Assembly (NCBI GenBank): GCA_964014485.1
Contig: CAXHAT010000013.1
Location: 1 to 62,643, forward strand
Source: an uncultured Deferribacteres bacterium
Lineage (GTDB): Bacteria; Zhuqueibacterota; Zhuqueibacteria; Zhuqueibacterales; Geothermadaptataceae
Length of the DNA stretch: 62,643 nucleotides
Direction of reading: 5' to 3'
Below the pieces are notes generated by a model. The model did no database searches, was not told the origin of the DNA, and saw only the letters and a program-made list of their open reading frames with translations. Each line of letters starts with the position of its first letter. Position 1 is the first letter of the stretch. Positions 1 to 9,714 of this stretch are shown here, in pieces. The position numbers and the translations under genes are program-made.

Positions 1-55
1 TTTTGGTTGTTGTTCGAGGGTATTTGGAAGTTACTGACAATCAAGACCGAATTAC
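1..55. repeat. Terminal direct repeat (copy 1), identical to 62589-62643; assembly overlap of a circular contig
   Basis: TTTTGGTTGTTGTTCGAGGG...GACCGAATTAC is present at both ends and an ORF reads in frame across the junction. Confidence 0.95.
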
Positions 56-230
56 AGAGTTGAATAGCATTGCAGACACCCTGATAAGCCGCATTAACAC
101 ACATGCTCGTAATTTGAAATCGTTGGCGATTGTGCTTTCTGATTTGTCAAACGAATCAGAAAAGAGTAACGACCCCGATGTGCTGAAATTGAGGGGAGAG
201 ATTAGGCGGTTGCTGAGTCAGCCGATGTAG
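3..230 (+). CDS. 3' part of a hypothetical protein that starts at ATG 62486 and crosses the circular junction
   Basis: MMHRPYSDEVFK...CIGVL continues in frame into VVVRGYLEV...; start overlaps the TAA of 62247-62486. Confidence 0.7.
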   Translation: MVVVRGYLEVTDNQDRITELNSIADTLISRINTHARNLKSLAIVLSDLSNESEKSNDPDVLKLRGEIRRLLSQPM

Positions 231-241
231 AGGAATTAGTA

Positions 242-2707
242 ATGGTATACAACAAGATTTACTTTCAAGCTGGCCCAACAGGATCGCCGCCCAATTGGAA
301 ACAATTCGTACAAGAAGCAGCAGCAAAGAGCCAGCCTGTTTACGCCATTGGAACTGATAGCAAGGCTACTATTGATGATGTAGAGGAATTTGGGGTAGCT
401 GGTAGTCGTTGTAATTTTAGACCTACAGGGACTCTTTCTCCGTCAGAAATGCGACTAATTGCTCCTGAATGGGAAAACGATTGGGGGGATTACCATTTAG
501 ATATTCCGATTTATAATATTTACAACTCTAATCACGAGGCTCACAGCACCTACAAACGCAACGCCGCGTATCATGTAGAGGCAACCCTCTTCAAACTCCC
601 AATCGACCTCGATTTAAGTGTATCAACTATTAGCACGTGGAATGAAGTACGTGAATACAAGGGGTGGTGCAGCATAAATGACACAAAGCCTGATGAATGT
701 GAAAAAACAATACCGGGATTTGGCGGCTGGGCTGATGTCATTGGCTGGCAAGCATACTATATCGGCGTCGAGCTTGTAAACAGGAAAAATGCAGGTTTGC
801 CATGGTTCAGGTGGGCTGCGTTCGCCTTTGCTGGTGGCAATCCTGAAAAAGGGGTTTGGGAATCCGAGGGGATGCTTAACTATCTTCGGCTGGCGGCAGA
901 AAACCCTGATGTGCTTGGTGTGGCTCTTCACGAGTATTCATTCACTCTAAGCATCGAGGATGGTTTTGGCGATTACATTGGCCGCTTTGAGGAATTGCTG
1001 AAAACATGTGACAAGCACAATATAAAAAGGCCGTGGATAGAGATTAAGGAGTGGGGCTGGCGTCAGGATATAATTCCCGAAAAGCAGAAGGCGTTAGCTG
1101 ATATAGCATGGTGTGCCGAGTATTACGCAAAGCACCCCGAAGTCTTGATGGCGGCAATATGGACTACGCGGGGTTGGCCAAGCAAAACGGATATTCGCGC
1201 AGATGTGCAAGCTCTTGCTCCTGAATTGTATGAATGGTCACTAAACACAACCTTCCCCGACCCTGATGAGCCAGTCGAGCCGCCTGTAGAACCGCCATTA
1301 CCCGATCCAGAGGAGACTTTTGACGAGTGGGTTTGGCGCATGGCTAAAGAAGGCCAAGTGCTGTCACTCAACAAGGACGCTGCACTACAAGCAGCAATGA
1401 CGCAAATCCCTAATCAGGGGCCAGTCGGTAACGAAGAATGGCACACGTACACAGATGGAACCAAGTGGGCAATTCAAAAGGCAGGAAGTTGGGAAGATGA
1501 GATAGAACGCGCTTATTTCGCGCCTGTGTCTGATTTTGGTGATGTGCGGTTTATTGCTGATCCTGCGAACAGACCAGAGCCGCCGATTGAACCGCCAATA
1601 GAGCAGATAGAGATTGCGGATATTGTGGATAGTCTTCCAAAGCACGCGACAAAGAGATATCGCTCACGAGCCATTAAAGATATCACACACCTTGTAATTC
1701 ATCATACAGTTAGTCCCCCTGACAGGCCAATAAGCGGTATTGCTGCGTTTCATGTCAATACAAGGGGTTGGCCAGGTATTGGCTACCATTACGTCATCAA
1801 CGATTTGGGCGAGATTTACCAGACGAACTATTTAGATACTATCAGTTATCAGACTGGTGGCCAGAATCATTACAGTGTTGGTATTGCGCTCCAAGGGAAT
1901 TTTCAAAAAGAATCGCCACCGCAAAAACAAATTGACGCAACCGCTAAACTTGTTGAGCATTTGCGTGGCGAGGTGCCGACCATCACCGATGTTGAACCGC
2001 ACAGGGGGATGCCGGGGCAGTCAACAGCTTGCCCGGGGAATACGTGGCAAGATTGGTTTTGGCAGATTTCAGGGGTTGTGGAACCTCAGCCACCTGAACC
2101 GCCCAAGCAAACAGTAGACTTGCTTCCCTACTTGCGCGGCGATGGTCGCCAATACGAGGTGCGTCACCCATCAGGCACAACAGAAACTTTCCAAACACAA
2201 AGCGAGGGTAGCACCTTTTATCAGGTCAAGAACAGCCAGTACGAAACGTTCCATTATGACGACCATTATATCTATCGCAGTGTGGATACGTCCCCCGGTG
2301 GTGCGCCAACATACGCCGAACGCCCCGGTAAAGCGCGATACTACACTCAGTTCGACCACAACGACAACAAGGCAAAATGGTGTCGCCGATACATGGTCAT
2401 TGGTGAGAGGTTCACAGGTCAAGGCCACACTGTTCAGTTTTACTACAAGGAAGATTGCAAGCCATCTGTAGCAAATAGCGGCGCATCGGTGAACACCGTT
2501 ACGCTAGTAGCGCATCACAAGGTTAAGGTTTTCAACAATCTAGTGATGGAGGATGTTGTAGAGCTGAAAACAAACACGGGCGAATCCATGTTTTTTGCTA
2601 GGGGCTATGGGCTAGTCGGCTGGTCTGCTGATTGGGGGTCATCTGGTGTTTTTGAGATTCATATGGGGCGGCCCGATCTAATTCGTGAGCGCATACCGTG
2701 CCTATAG
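242..2707 (+). CDS. Multidomain endolysin: N-terminal glycoside-hydrolase-like barrel, Amidase_2 (PGRP-like) domain, unknown C-terminal domain
   Basis: HLVIHHT, GWPGIGYHYVI, SVGIALQGNF, H...STACPG amidase motifs; WNEV/ALHEY/IKEWGW GH-A-like motifs; PxEPP linkers; follows holin-like genes across the junction. Confidence 0.85.
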   Translation: MVYNKIYFQAGPTGSPPNWKQFVQEAAAKSQPVYAIGTDSKATIDDVEEFGVAGSRCNFRPTGTLSPSEMRLIAPEWENDWGDYHLDIPIYNIYNSNHEAHSTYKRNAAYHVEATLFKLPIDLDLSVSTISTWNEVREYKGWCSINDTKPDECEKTIPGFGGWADVIGWQAYYIGVELVNRKNAGLPWFRWAAFAFAGGNPEKGVWESEGMLNYLRLAAENPDVLGVALHEYSFTLSIEDGFGDYIGRFEELLKTCDKHNIKRPWIEIKEWGWRQDIIPEKQKALADIAWCAEYYAKHPEVLMAAIWTTRGWPSKTDIRADVQALAPELYEWSLNTTFPDPDEPVEPPVEPPLPDPEETFDEWVWRMAKEGQVLSLNKDAALQAAMTQIPNQGPVGNEEWHTYTDGTKWAIQKAGSWEDEIERAYFAPVSDFGDVRFIADPANRPEPPIEPPIEQIEIADIVDSLPKHATKRYRSRAIKDITHLVIHHTVSPPDRPISGIAAFHVNTRGWPGIGYHYVINDLGEIYQTNYLDTISYQTGGQNHYSVGIALQGNFQKESPPQKQIDATAKLVEHLRGEVPTITDVEPHRGMPGQSTACPGNTWQDWFWQISGVVEPQPPEPPKQTVDLLPYLRGDGRQYEVRHPSGTTETFQTQSEGSTFYQVKNSQYETFHYDDHYIYRSVDTSPGGAPTYAERPGKARYYTQFDHNDNKAKWCRRYMVIGERFTGQGHTVQFYYKEDCKPSVANSGASVNTVTLVAHHKVKVFNNLVMEDVVELKTNTGESMFFARGYGLVGWSADWGSSGVFEIHMGRPDLIRERIPCL

Positions 2708-2758
2708 ATGGTACTTTGTACCATTTACATTATTGATGTATTGATACAAAATATCCCT

Positions 2759-3199
2759 ATGAGTGTATTGGTATTTAGTATCACAAGCGTTGTATCGGCA
2801 TTTTTCCCCTTTCTCTCGGATTGCGACCATTCGCCCACCTTGCCAGAGGCTTGCCATGTGGTGACAGAGCGACCAGATGTTGATGAGCTGCCGTTGCTCT
2901 CTACCTATTATAATCCGCTCCTTGGTGGCATAAATTGCGCCGCTGATTGTTCGGCATTGGCAGACGGCTTGGGATGGTCAGAGAGCGATTTTGGTCGCGT
3001 GGCGGCTTGTCCTAGGGGTTGGCATTATCAAACGGTTATCTTCGGAAGTTACGAACTTTTATGCAGGGATAGAGGAGGGATGATTGACTGCCTGTACAAC
3101 GAATTTTACAGACAGTGGGTTTGTCATGTTGATGTGCTGGCACGGGGGATAGATTGTAATTATTGTTTATGGTGGGACTGGAAGCGGGTTAGGCGGTAG
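2759..3199 (+). CDS. Secreted Cys-rich 3D/DPBB-like (lytic transglycosylase-like) protein
   Basis: Hydrophobic N-terminus; STYY...VAACP...CRDRGG...VDVL resembles the 3D-domain TAY...IAVDP...DTGG...IDL pattern. Confidence 0.5.
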   Translation: MSVLVFSITSVVSAFFPFLSDCDHSPTLPEACHVVTERPDVDELPLLSTYYNPLLGGINCAADCSALADGLGWSESDFGRVAACPRGWHYQTVIFGSYELLCRDRGGMIDCLYNEFYRQWVCHVDVLARGIDCNYCLWWDWKRVRR

Positions 3200-3275
3200 T
3201 TTTTGGTGCATCGACGGCATTAAGCACCAGCGCGATTAGAGCCGCTTCACGCTGTTGTAGTCTACAAATCGGATA

Positions 3276-3677
3276 TTGACATTCGTCTTGTTACAGTTTA
3301 TCGACCAGACAGAAGTCCTGACAGATGGGATTCGACTTATGAAATCAGACAGCCAAGAAATTAATTACAGCGATTACGATGAGGAATTGATTCCTGCACG
3401 GGTGCTCTTTGTTAAACGCAGTGGCAACATTGCTATTGAACTCGAAGTGGATGGTTATAGAGGCGAAAAGACCGGAGAAGTGTATTACAGCAGGGATACG
3501 TTGGTATGGGCAGAAAGCATGGCAAAAGAAGTCGAGCAAAAAGGCGTGGGATTAATTCTGTCTTTCAATATTCCTCGCTTTGCTTTAATCCCAAAGATTC
3601 AATCCACTAACAATGTCGCAAGCGACATTTACAAATCTAGCACATACGGAATAAAAGAATACTCTTTCGCAACGTGA
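3276..3677 (+). CDS. Hypothetical protein
   Basis: 133-aa ORF, start uncertain (ATG 3339 possible). Confidence 0.4.
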   Translation: MTFVLLQFIDQTEVLTDGIRLMKSDSQEINYSDYDEELIPARVLFVKRSGNIAIELEVDGYRGEKTGEVYYSRDTLVWAESMAKEVEQKGVGLILSFNIPRFALIPKIQSTNNVASDIYKSSTYGIKEYSFAT

Positions 3678-3855
3678 TACGAGTTGCGAAGAGATAGAAA
3701 GACAGTATTGCCGAGTAGTACGGAGACCCAAGTCCCTCATGAGCCTTGAAAGTCGTCACATCGCCGAGCTCTTTTAGCCTGTCTTGTAGATACCCTTTCA
3801 GCTCAGGGTAATTGGTTATGGTTGCAAAATCATAATAATAAGTTTTTGTTGGCAT
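3637..3855 (-). CDS. Hypothetical protein
   Basis: AAAGGAG ribosome-binding site upstream of ATG. Confidence 0.6.
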   Translation of the reverse strand: MPTKTYYYDFATITNYPELKGYLQDRLKELGDVTTFKAHEGLGSPYYSAILSFYLFATRITLRKSILLFRMC

Positions 3856-3890
3856 GGTTATGCTCCTTTGGCTCTGCGGCCGTTTTGTGT

Positions 3891-4235
3891 CTAATCAAAG
3901 TGCCGCATAAAAAATACCTTGTCATACCTTGTCCCTCTTGATTGTTTATAAAAATGATTCTCTGGAAAATACTTGACAAGGTTTGACCCGCTCTTGATAA
4001 TCCCATGTCTTACGCGCCGAAGGTCAATTTCCAATTCTGTAGCAATATCCCTTAGCATCGGTAGTGTGTAGTCGATGTCGTCGTATCGAGAAATCACGAT
4101 AGCTACATGCTTCTGTGAATTTTCAGAGAGATATTTCACTGCATCGAAGCAAAGTAAAAACGTTGAACCGTCTCCGCGCTCCCTTAAAATCTTAGGAGTG
4201 TTACGCACCCTTTCTAATCGTTCGTAATCAATCAT
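3891..4235 (-). CDS. Hypothetical protein with degenerate P-loop-like segment
   Basis: RERGDGST followed by helix and hydrophobic strand; AGGA upstream. Confidence 0.55.
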   Translation of the reverse strand: MIDYERLERVRNTPKILRERGDGSTFLLCFDAVKYLSENSQKHVAIVISRYDDIDYTLPMLRDIATELEIDLRRVRHGIIKSGSNLVKYFPENHFYKQSRGTRYDKVFFMRHFD

Positions 4236-4588
4236 TATTCCCTAATCCCGAAAATCCCACGAAACCTTTTCCAGCAATCGACTCGCCGCCACGCGATGGC
4301 ATTCTCGCATCAGGTTGCTGCATACAGATGTTGACCCGCCGCGATCCCTGCATTCATGCCAAACCCTCGTCTTTTTTCTGTGATTTCCAATTTACAAGTT
4401 CATCGTAGGTCATGTACTTGGCGTTATTTCGGCCTAAGTTGTTTCTTTTTATGGCTCGTTCCGCTTGTGGTCGTTCACGGTACAAGTGTGCCGCGCCAAG
4501 AGTATCGCCCCAACCATGACGGCCTTGCCAGAACCGAAAACTGCCGTTGTTGTTGTGGAATATCACAAAGTATGTAGACACACTCATG

Positions 4589-4798
4589 TCAACTCCTCCG
4601 CTCCATATCTTCAAGATTTTGAAGTTTTTGATCAATCATTGAAACTATATCGGATCGCAAATCTGAGTATTTGAGCTTTCCACCCAAGTACGCTTTCCAA
4701 CGACCCCAACATCCAGAAGGGACCGAATCATCACGCACTATTTCATAACCCCTATACACATAGACACCATTTTCAATTTTCTTGATTTTGCGAGTCAT
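4589..4798 (-). CDS. Hypothetical protein
   Basis: GGAGG RBS; part of leftward operon. Confidence 0.6.
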   Translation of the reverse strand: MTRKIKKIENGVYVYRGYEIVRDDSVPSGCWGRWKAYLGGKLKYSDLRSDIVSMIDQKLQNLEDMERRS

Positions 4799-4865
4799 TC
4801 TGAAGCCTCCATTATTTTTACTTTTTAGAGCCTATCACCAGATAGGCTCTTTTTCTGTAACGCTT

Positions 4866-5087
4866 TTACTGTTGTAAGTACCAGCCAATCCCGCCATCTT
4901 TCATTTCCGAATCTGTCTTGATTCTAGACAGGAATACAAATTCCTCATGTTTCGTTTCAGCATCTCTAACTTCAATATACTTCCCGAAATTGTCATTGTA
5001 CTTGCCAATTACGTAAGCCTCCCGAATTGTGTCTGGGCCAGATACCGCAAATAATTTATCGTTTAGTTCGTGTACTAGCTGATTCAT
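4866..5087 (-). CDS. Hypothetical protein, first gene of leftward operon
   Basis: GGAG RBS, TACAAT -10 at 5133-5128. Confidence 0.65.
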   Translation of the reverse strand: MNQLVHELNDKLFAVSGPDTIREAYVIGKYNDNFGKYIEVRDAETKHEEFVFLSRIKTDSEMKDGGIGWYLQQ

Positions 5088-5115
5088 CTCGTATCTCCGT
5101 GTGTTTGCTTGATTA

Positions 5116-5221
5116 ACCTATATAGGTATTGTAACTTGATATATATAGGTTGTATATAGTACTAAAGTACCAAAAATTAACCTAAATAGGTGTTGACACT
5201 AACATATATAGGTGCTATGCT
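5116..5221. promoter_or_regulatory. Divergent promoters with four copies of a 12-bp palindromic operator
   Basis: ACCTATATAGGT 5116, ATATATATAGGT 5139, ACCTAAATAGGT 5180, ACATATATAGGT 5202; TTGACA-17-TATGCT at 5193-5221. Confidence 0.8.
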
Positions 5222-5227
5222 ATTTGC

Positions 5228-5476
5228 ATGGTAATTGCAGTGACAAAAGGGACTAAAGAAATGACACTAGTTAGATCTGAGCAGTCCCGCAGCAAAATAG
5301 CAGAACTATTCCGAGGTGGCCCGAAAGGCAAAAAGGGATTGCGCAGCTACTTCTTGAAGCCGTATCAGCTTGAAATCATTGACATAATTTCAGAAGAAAC
5401 GGGGAAAGGGAAGGGTGAAGTTGTGCGAGATATTTTTGATGAATGGGTTGAAGTAACGTTGCGGGAAGGCAAATAA
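5228..5476 (+). CDS. Ribbon-helix-helix (CopG-like) regulator, probably leaderless
   Basis: RSYFLKPYQLEIIDIISEETGKGKGEVVRDIFDEW; ATG 6 nt after the -10. Confidence 0.65.
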   Translation: MVIAVTKGTKEMTLVRSEQSRSKIAELFRGGPKGKKGLRSYFLKPYQLEIIDIISEETGKGKGEVVRDIFDEWVEVTLREGK

Positions 5477-5730
5477 AAAAGCCCCGCAACCCATAAGGCC
5501 ACAAGGCTAAAAACGGCTTGAAACCAAGCCTGAAATGGTTTACACTGTTGGAACGTTAGACCAACGTGTAACCCGCCCCCTATTCCACCGACCAAAGTGC
5601 TTAGGGGGCATAAACAACACAGCGCACAAAGCAACCGCGCTCTTTAATACAAGAATATTCAGTTAGATTTCTTAATTTTGCAATTACAATTGAAAGAATC
5701 AATTGTGAATAATGCAACTATTGGTTATCA

Positions 5731-6335
5731 CGTGACCACGGCAAGCGAAAAACCACGGTCACGATATAACAGCTAGCCAATTGACTGGCATACTTCTGCG
5801 TGTTTTTCCGCACGCACCAGGCTAGCTCCCCCTTTTGTGACCGTCGTCGCTCTTTCCCTTCCCCTCTCAATTTCTTCTTTTTGGACACTAATAATAGTAA
5901 TGAACAAGTGACGATATAAACGGCGGCGGTCACCCCTCCTTTGTTAATTGCTGATGGGATAACCTTTTTACTGAGAGATATTAAAAGTTAGTCTGAATAA
6001 TTGTCAGGCTATTAACGCGATTTTGCGTGAAGGTTTTTGCTGTATTGTCCCGCAAGATTTTGCAGCACCCATCAGTTTTTCCTTTACGGGTTCACCTCAT
6101 TTCGAGGCTTTTCATTCTTCCTCCTTAAGGCGGCGGTCGTTTTGGCCGTCGCCGCTCCTTCTAGGCAGCGCGGCTTTTGTGGAGAAAGTCGGTACAGACA
6201 AAGCTTGCAATGTTAAAGGCGGTTCAAGTCCGTCCGTTGCCTCTAATCAGTGCAGTCCTCGTAAGGGGGAACGGTGCTGGTGAAAACTCCTTTTGGTTCA
6301 CCTCGTTGCCGCCGAGGGATAGAAATAGCGGCATC
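5731..6335 (+). ncRNA. Candidate structured non-coding RNA cluster
   Basis: Consecutive stems separated by C/T-rich CTCCTT-like linkers; no convincing ORF. Confidence 0.5.
6164..6242 (+). ncRNA. tRNA-like element or pseudo-tRNA
   Basis: Acceptor GGCAGCG/CGTTGCC and T-arm GGCGG-TTCAAGT-CCGTC intact; D and anticodon arms non-canonical. Confidence 0.55.
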
Positions 6336-6479
6336 TAACTGTTAATGTACTTTAAAAATGAAAAATAATGTGTTTGCCCCTGATGTTACTGAGGGTAAAG
6401 ACTAGGATACCTGTTTTAGGATCGCTTGTCCTAGGTCGCCGCCCCTGTGCTAGATTGATAACTCCGATAGCAGCCTGTA

Positions 6480-7538
6480 CTATAGCAGACTTGTCTCGAT
6501 TGTGTTAAGTGCAACTCGGCTATTGTCCTGATGACCGTATATCGTTAATGTTGTGTCTAGTTTTTTGTGGCCAAGCCGTTTTTGGGCAATCTTCGGATGA
6601 CCCTGGTCAACAATGTAGCGACCAACAGCGTGGCGTAAAGCGTGCGGCAAAGCATCCTTCATTCTGCCTGAAAAACCAGCTATTCGCGCAACGTGTCGAT
6701 TACACTTTCTAATTGATTCAGATGAGTGGGGCAAGCCGTGACGAAGGCACTGAGGGCAGGTTGGGTGCTGCTCAAATGGTGCGTGCCAAGGGCAGTTCGT
6801 TACACGAGTGAAAACATAATTATGATTGACGTGTGGACGAACCGCAAGCCAGCGTTTTAAATAGTTGGCTAGCTTGTCTCCATAAAATGCGTTTCGGATT
6901 TCACTCTTTCCGGTTTTTGCCTCACCTTCTACCCTCATAATGTAGTAGTTCTCTATGTTGCCATCTTTGTCGATGACACCTTGAGGCGAATCAAGTCCAA
7001 GGCGATCCATTGTCAATGTCTTCACTTCGCCATTCCGAATTGCCGTCTCTATGACGGTTAAGAAAACGACGGCTGACGCAATTTGATTTAATACGCTAGA
7101 CTTCGTCATGGCCTTGGCTGCGTTTACCATCAGCAAAAGGTCTTCCCTCTCTAGTACAGTATCGTCGTCTCTAGCTTTGTTTTTCCGAACAGTGTGGTGA
7201 AATGAGAAAGGTTTTTTGCTGCACCGATTGGGGTATCGCTCACGAGCAAACTTCTCGACAAATTGAACAGTTTGTAAATACCCGCTGATTGTGGTTTGGG
7301 CAATACCTCGTTCCTGTTCAGACGCTAGCCATTCATCAATCATAAACGGTTTCAGTTTTTTCATCGACAAATCACACAACGGCGATTTGTGGCTTGAGTA
7401 AATAAACCGACAAAACGAACTAACTCGGTATTTGTGATTCTTGATGTCATTCTTGCTATTACCCTGAGATTTCAGGAACAGCAAATACTCTTCGTGAGCG
7501 CGGCGAAAGGTTAGCACATTATTTTTCCAAGTAAACAT
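6480..7538 (-). CDS. int: Tyrosine recombinase/integrase
   Basis: AIRNGEV (R), AKTGK (K), HALRH, LGH, TTLTIY catalytic motifs; N-terminal core-binding region. Confidence 0.92.
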   Translation of the reverse strand: MFTWKNNVLTFRRAHEEYLLFLKSQGNSKNDIKNHKYRVSSFCRFIYSSHKSPLCDLSMKKLKPFMIDEWLASEQERGIAQTTISGYLQTVQFVEKFARERYPNRCSKKPFSFHHTVRKNKARDDDTVLEREDLLLMVNAAKAMTKSSVLNQIASAVVFLTVIETAIRNGEVKTLTMDRLGLDSPQGVIDKDGNIENYYIMRVEGEAKTGKSEIRNAFYGDKLANYLKRWLAVRPHVNHNYVFTRVTNCPWHAPFEQHPTCPQCLRHGLPHSSESIRKCNRHVARIAGFSGRMKDALPHALRHAVGRYIVDQGHPKIAQKRLGHKKLDTTLTIYGHQDNSRVALNTIETSLL

Positions 7539-7907
7539 ATCTACACCCCAGCAATGGTTGGCACTACGTCAATAAATGCAGGGCGTGTGATGGTAATTGA
7601 TTTTGTTTCAGCCCGTGAGTGAGTCGTGGAAAATTGAGGCACAATGCTCCACAGATTCACTATACAAAATCACGGGTTGCAAAGAAAGTAAATATGTTTG
7701 CAATAGTCCAGTGTAATTTTTGACCCCCCATATATGGGGGCCGCACCACCCAAATGGTGCGCGTATATTGCGCAGAACACTTGAGTTATGACAAAAGTAC
7801 CATCAGGTATACACGTGTTAGGCGCGTGTATTATTCAAAAAATCTATAAAGCAAAATGGGGATCGAACGGTTTGCGTTCAACCCCCAACAAAAAAATAAA
7901 GGTGTGG

Positions 7908-7919
7908 GAACGGGCGTTC
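7908..7919. promoter_or_regulatory. Putative Gram-positive-type LexA (SOS) box upstream of the early operon
   Basis: GAAC-GGGC-GTTC just upstream of a TGTTATAGC -10-like element. Confidence 0.4.
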
Positions 7920-7970
7920 CCTGGTGTTGTTATAGCTTTACTATACAGCACAACCTAAAGATATTTAATT

Positions 7971-8312
7971 ATGGACGTATTTGGGCGCGAATTGGGCGCG
8001 AATTGGGTGTACATAGCAGCATTTGCGTTTGCCCTCGCGTACAACCACTTGATTGCAAAGCTTCACAAAAATGGAACGCTGGAAGGGTTCACATGGCTTT
8101 CTGTTTCGGTTGGTGTTGCGGTGACGTTGTGGTTGGGAAATTTTTTGATTGATTACGAGGACATTCTGAGGATTCTTGGTTTGTTTGTGGCTAGCGGCTT
8201 GCCAATGATTATCGGTGAGATTTTTAGATACCGACAGGCCAGAAATGCAGAGTTAGAGGATGTTCGTTTAGGAGTACGGAGTAGTGTCAAAAGCGAGAGC
8301 TTGGCCGAATAA
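7971..8312 (+). CDS. Membrane protein (3 TM)
   Basis: Three hydrophobic segments. Confidence 0.7.
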   Translation: MDVFGRELGANWVYIAAFAFALAYNHLIAKLHKNGTLEGFTWLSVSVGVAVTLWLGNFLIDYEDILRILGLFVASGLPMIIGEIFRYRQARNAELEDVRLGVRSSVKSESLAE

Positions 8313-8508
8313 CGCCAAAAACGCCAGAGACAGAAGCGCGGAGGAGATACAGATGTCCATAATGAAATTGGAGAAATTGATCGCCAGAGTTGGAAAAGGT
8401 GAATTTACGCGGGTTGGTTTAGAGCGCGATTTATATGAGTTGCTTAAGCACAATATGGTAGCTATCCGGCATTTAGAGAGTGTTGGGGCTGCAACAAGGC
8501 CAGAGTAA
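8284..8508 (+). CDS. Hypothetical protein
   Basis: AGGAG RBS before GTG; helical composition. Confidence 0.55.
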   Translation: MSKARAWPNNAKNARDRSAEEIQMSIMKLEKLIARVGKGEFTRVGLERDLYELLKHNMVAIRHLESVGAATRPE

Positions 8509-8793
8509 AAACGGCCACGGATACTGCTAATTACTCGCTGATTCGTGGGTCAATGCTAGAGGTACCAAGACGATGAAATCCAAAACAACAGTAACCATCA
8601 AGATAAAAGGATTAGGGAAGCTAAAGCTGACACCAGCACAGGCTGAAGAATTGCAGACTGAACTTAATGACTTGCTAGGCATTCCTGAAGACGAGCAGCA
8701 AACAAGCGTGGTGTGTTCGCCAACTCGTCGGTTTATTTCGAGTGGCGGGTTAAACAACACTAGCTTCTCCACAATGTCGCTTGGAAAACAAAC

Positions 8794-8994
8794 ATGGTGA
8801 CAATCCATGAAGTAGAGAAACGCTTAAAGGCAATCAATGAAATAAAAAACGACGATGAAGCTGCACACGCGATGGAGGACAATTTGTGGTGCGATGTTCT
8901 AGAAGCTATTGCCAGCGGCGCGGCGAATCCCCAGAAACTAGCCAAAGCCGTTCTTCGCTCTCGTGAATGCGGATTTGCAAGGTGGTGTGCGTAA
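8794..8994 (+). CDS. Small conserved-type phage protein
   Basis: DDEAAHAMEDNLW...VLEAIA...F.RWCA pattern common in phages. Confidence 0.7.
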   Translation: MVTIHEVEKRLKAINEIKNDDEAAHAMEDNLWCDVLEAIASGAANPQKLAKAVLRSRECGFARWCA

Positions 8995-9334
8995 ATGCGA
9001 ACAAGCAAAACCTGTAGCACATGCACTCACTGGGAAAAAACAGGGATGAAATGCACCAAATTAGAGAAGTCAGATGGCTTGACCCACATGGTGAGTGCAG
9101 TCGAATCGGCAGTTTGTGCGACGACTGCACAACGGCTTGGACATATGTAAGCGGGGCTAGTGTTGATTGTGAGGCAAATCTGATTACTCAGCCTCACTTT
9201 GGATGCAACTTATGGGAGCCTAAGCAAGGAGGCAAATGATGAGTGTTGATTTAAGCAAGTGGGGTGGAACTGTTGTATGGGATATGAAGAAAGAACGACA
9301 AAAAAGCGAAACCATGAAAGGTATTCTTTCCCAG

Positions 9335-9628
9335 TTAGCTAGCTCCCCTTCTCTTCAGCCATTCAGCGACGCCGACCTTAAGCATCTCGTCCCAGCTAGC
9401 AAACTTAGTTGTTCTAGCGATGAAATCGTTCCACTTGACACTATTGACCTCTTCGGCATTTTGAATACCGCTTTTATTAGTCATCTCGTTGAGAGTTGCG
9501 TGATCGGTATAACGCCGCATGAAATCGTCAGTGAATAAGTCATCAAGTGTATACGACAGACTTCCTCCTAGCGATTCTAGCTTCTTTCCAAATTCGTCAA
9601 TGTTTCTATTTAGATCATCAAAGCTCAT
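9335..9628 (-). CDS. Leftward moron, hypothetical protein
   Basis: GGAG RBS, own promoter at 9694-9667; LFTDDFMRRYT...WNDFI...TKFASWDEML. Confidence 0.75.
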   Translation of the reverse strand: MSFDDLNRNIDEFGKKLESLGGSLSYTLDDLFTDDFMRRYTDHATLNEMTNKSGIQNAEEVNSVKWNDFIARTTKFASWDEMLKVGVAEWLKRRGAS

Positions 9629-9714
9629 GATTATCTCCAATGTGAAACTACCAACAGAGACTGTCGATTCTAGCCAAGTTGCATCATGGCGCAATAGAAC
9701 GGGTGTTTTTAGCC

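Noticed and set aside
1..55. Terminal repeat as a biological DTR
   Set aside because: 55 nt equals a common assembler k-mer and falls mid-gene; a PBSX-type terminase suggests circularly permuted packaging
7540..7860. attP site
   Set aside because: Palindromes are present (e.g. CCCCCATATATGGGGG) but no core or arm repeats can be assigned without the host sequence
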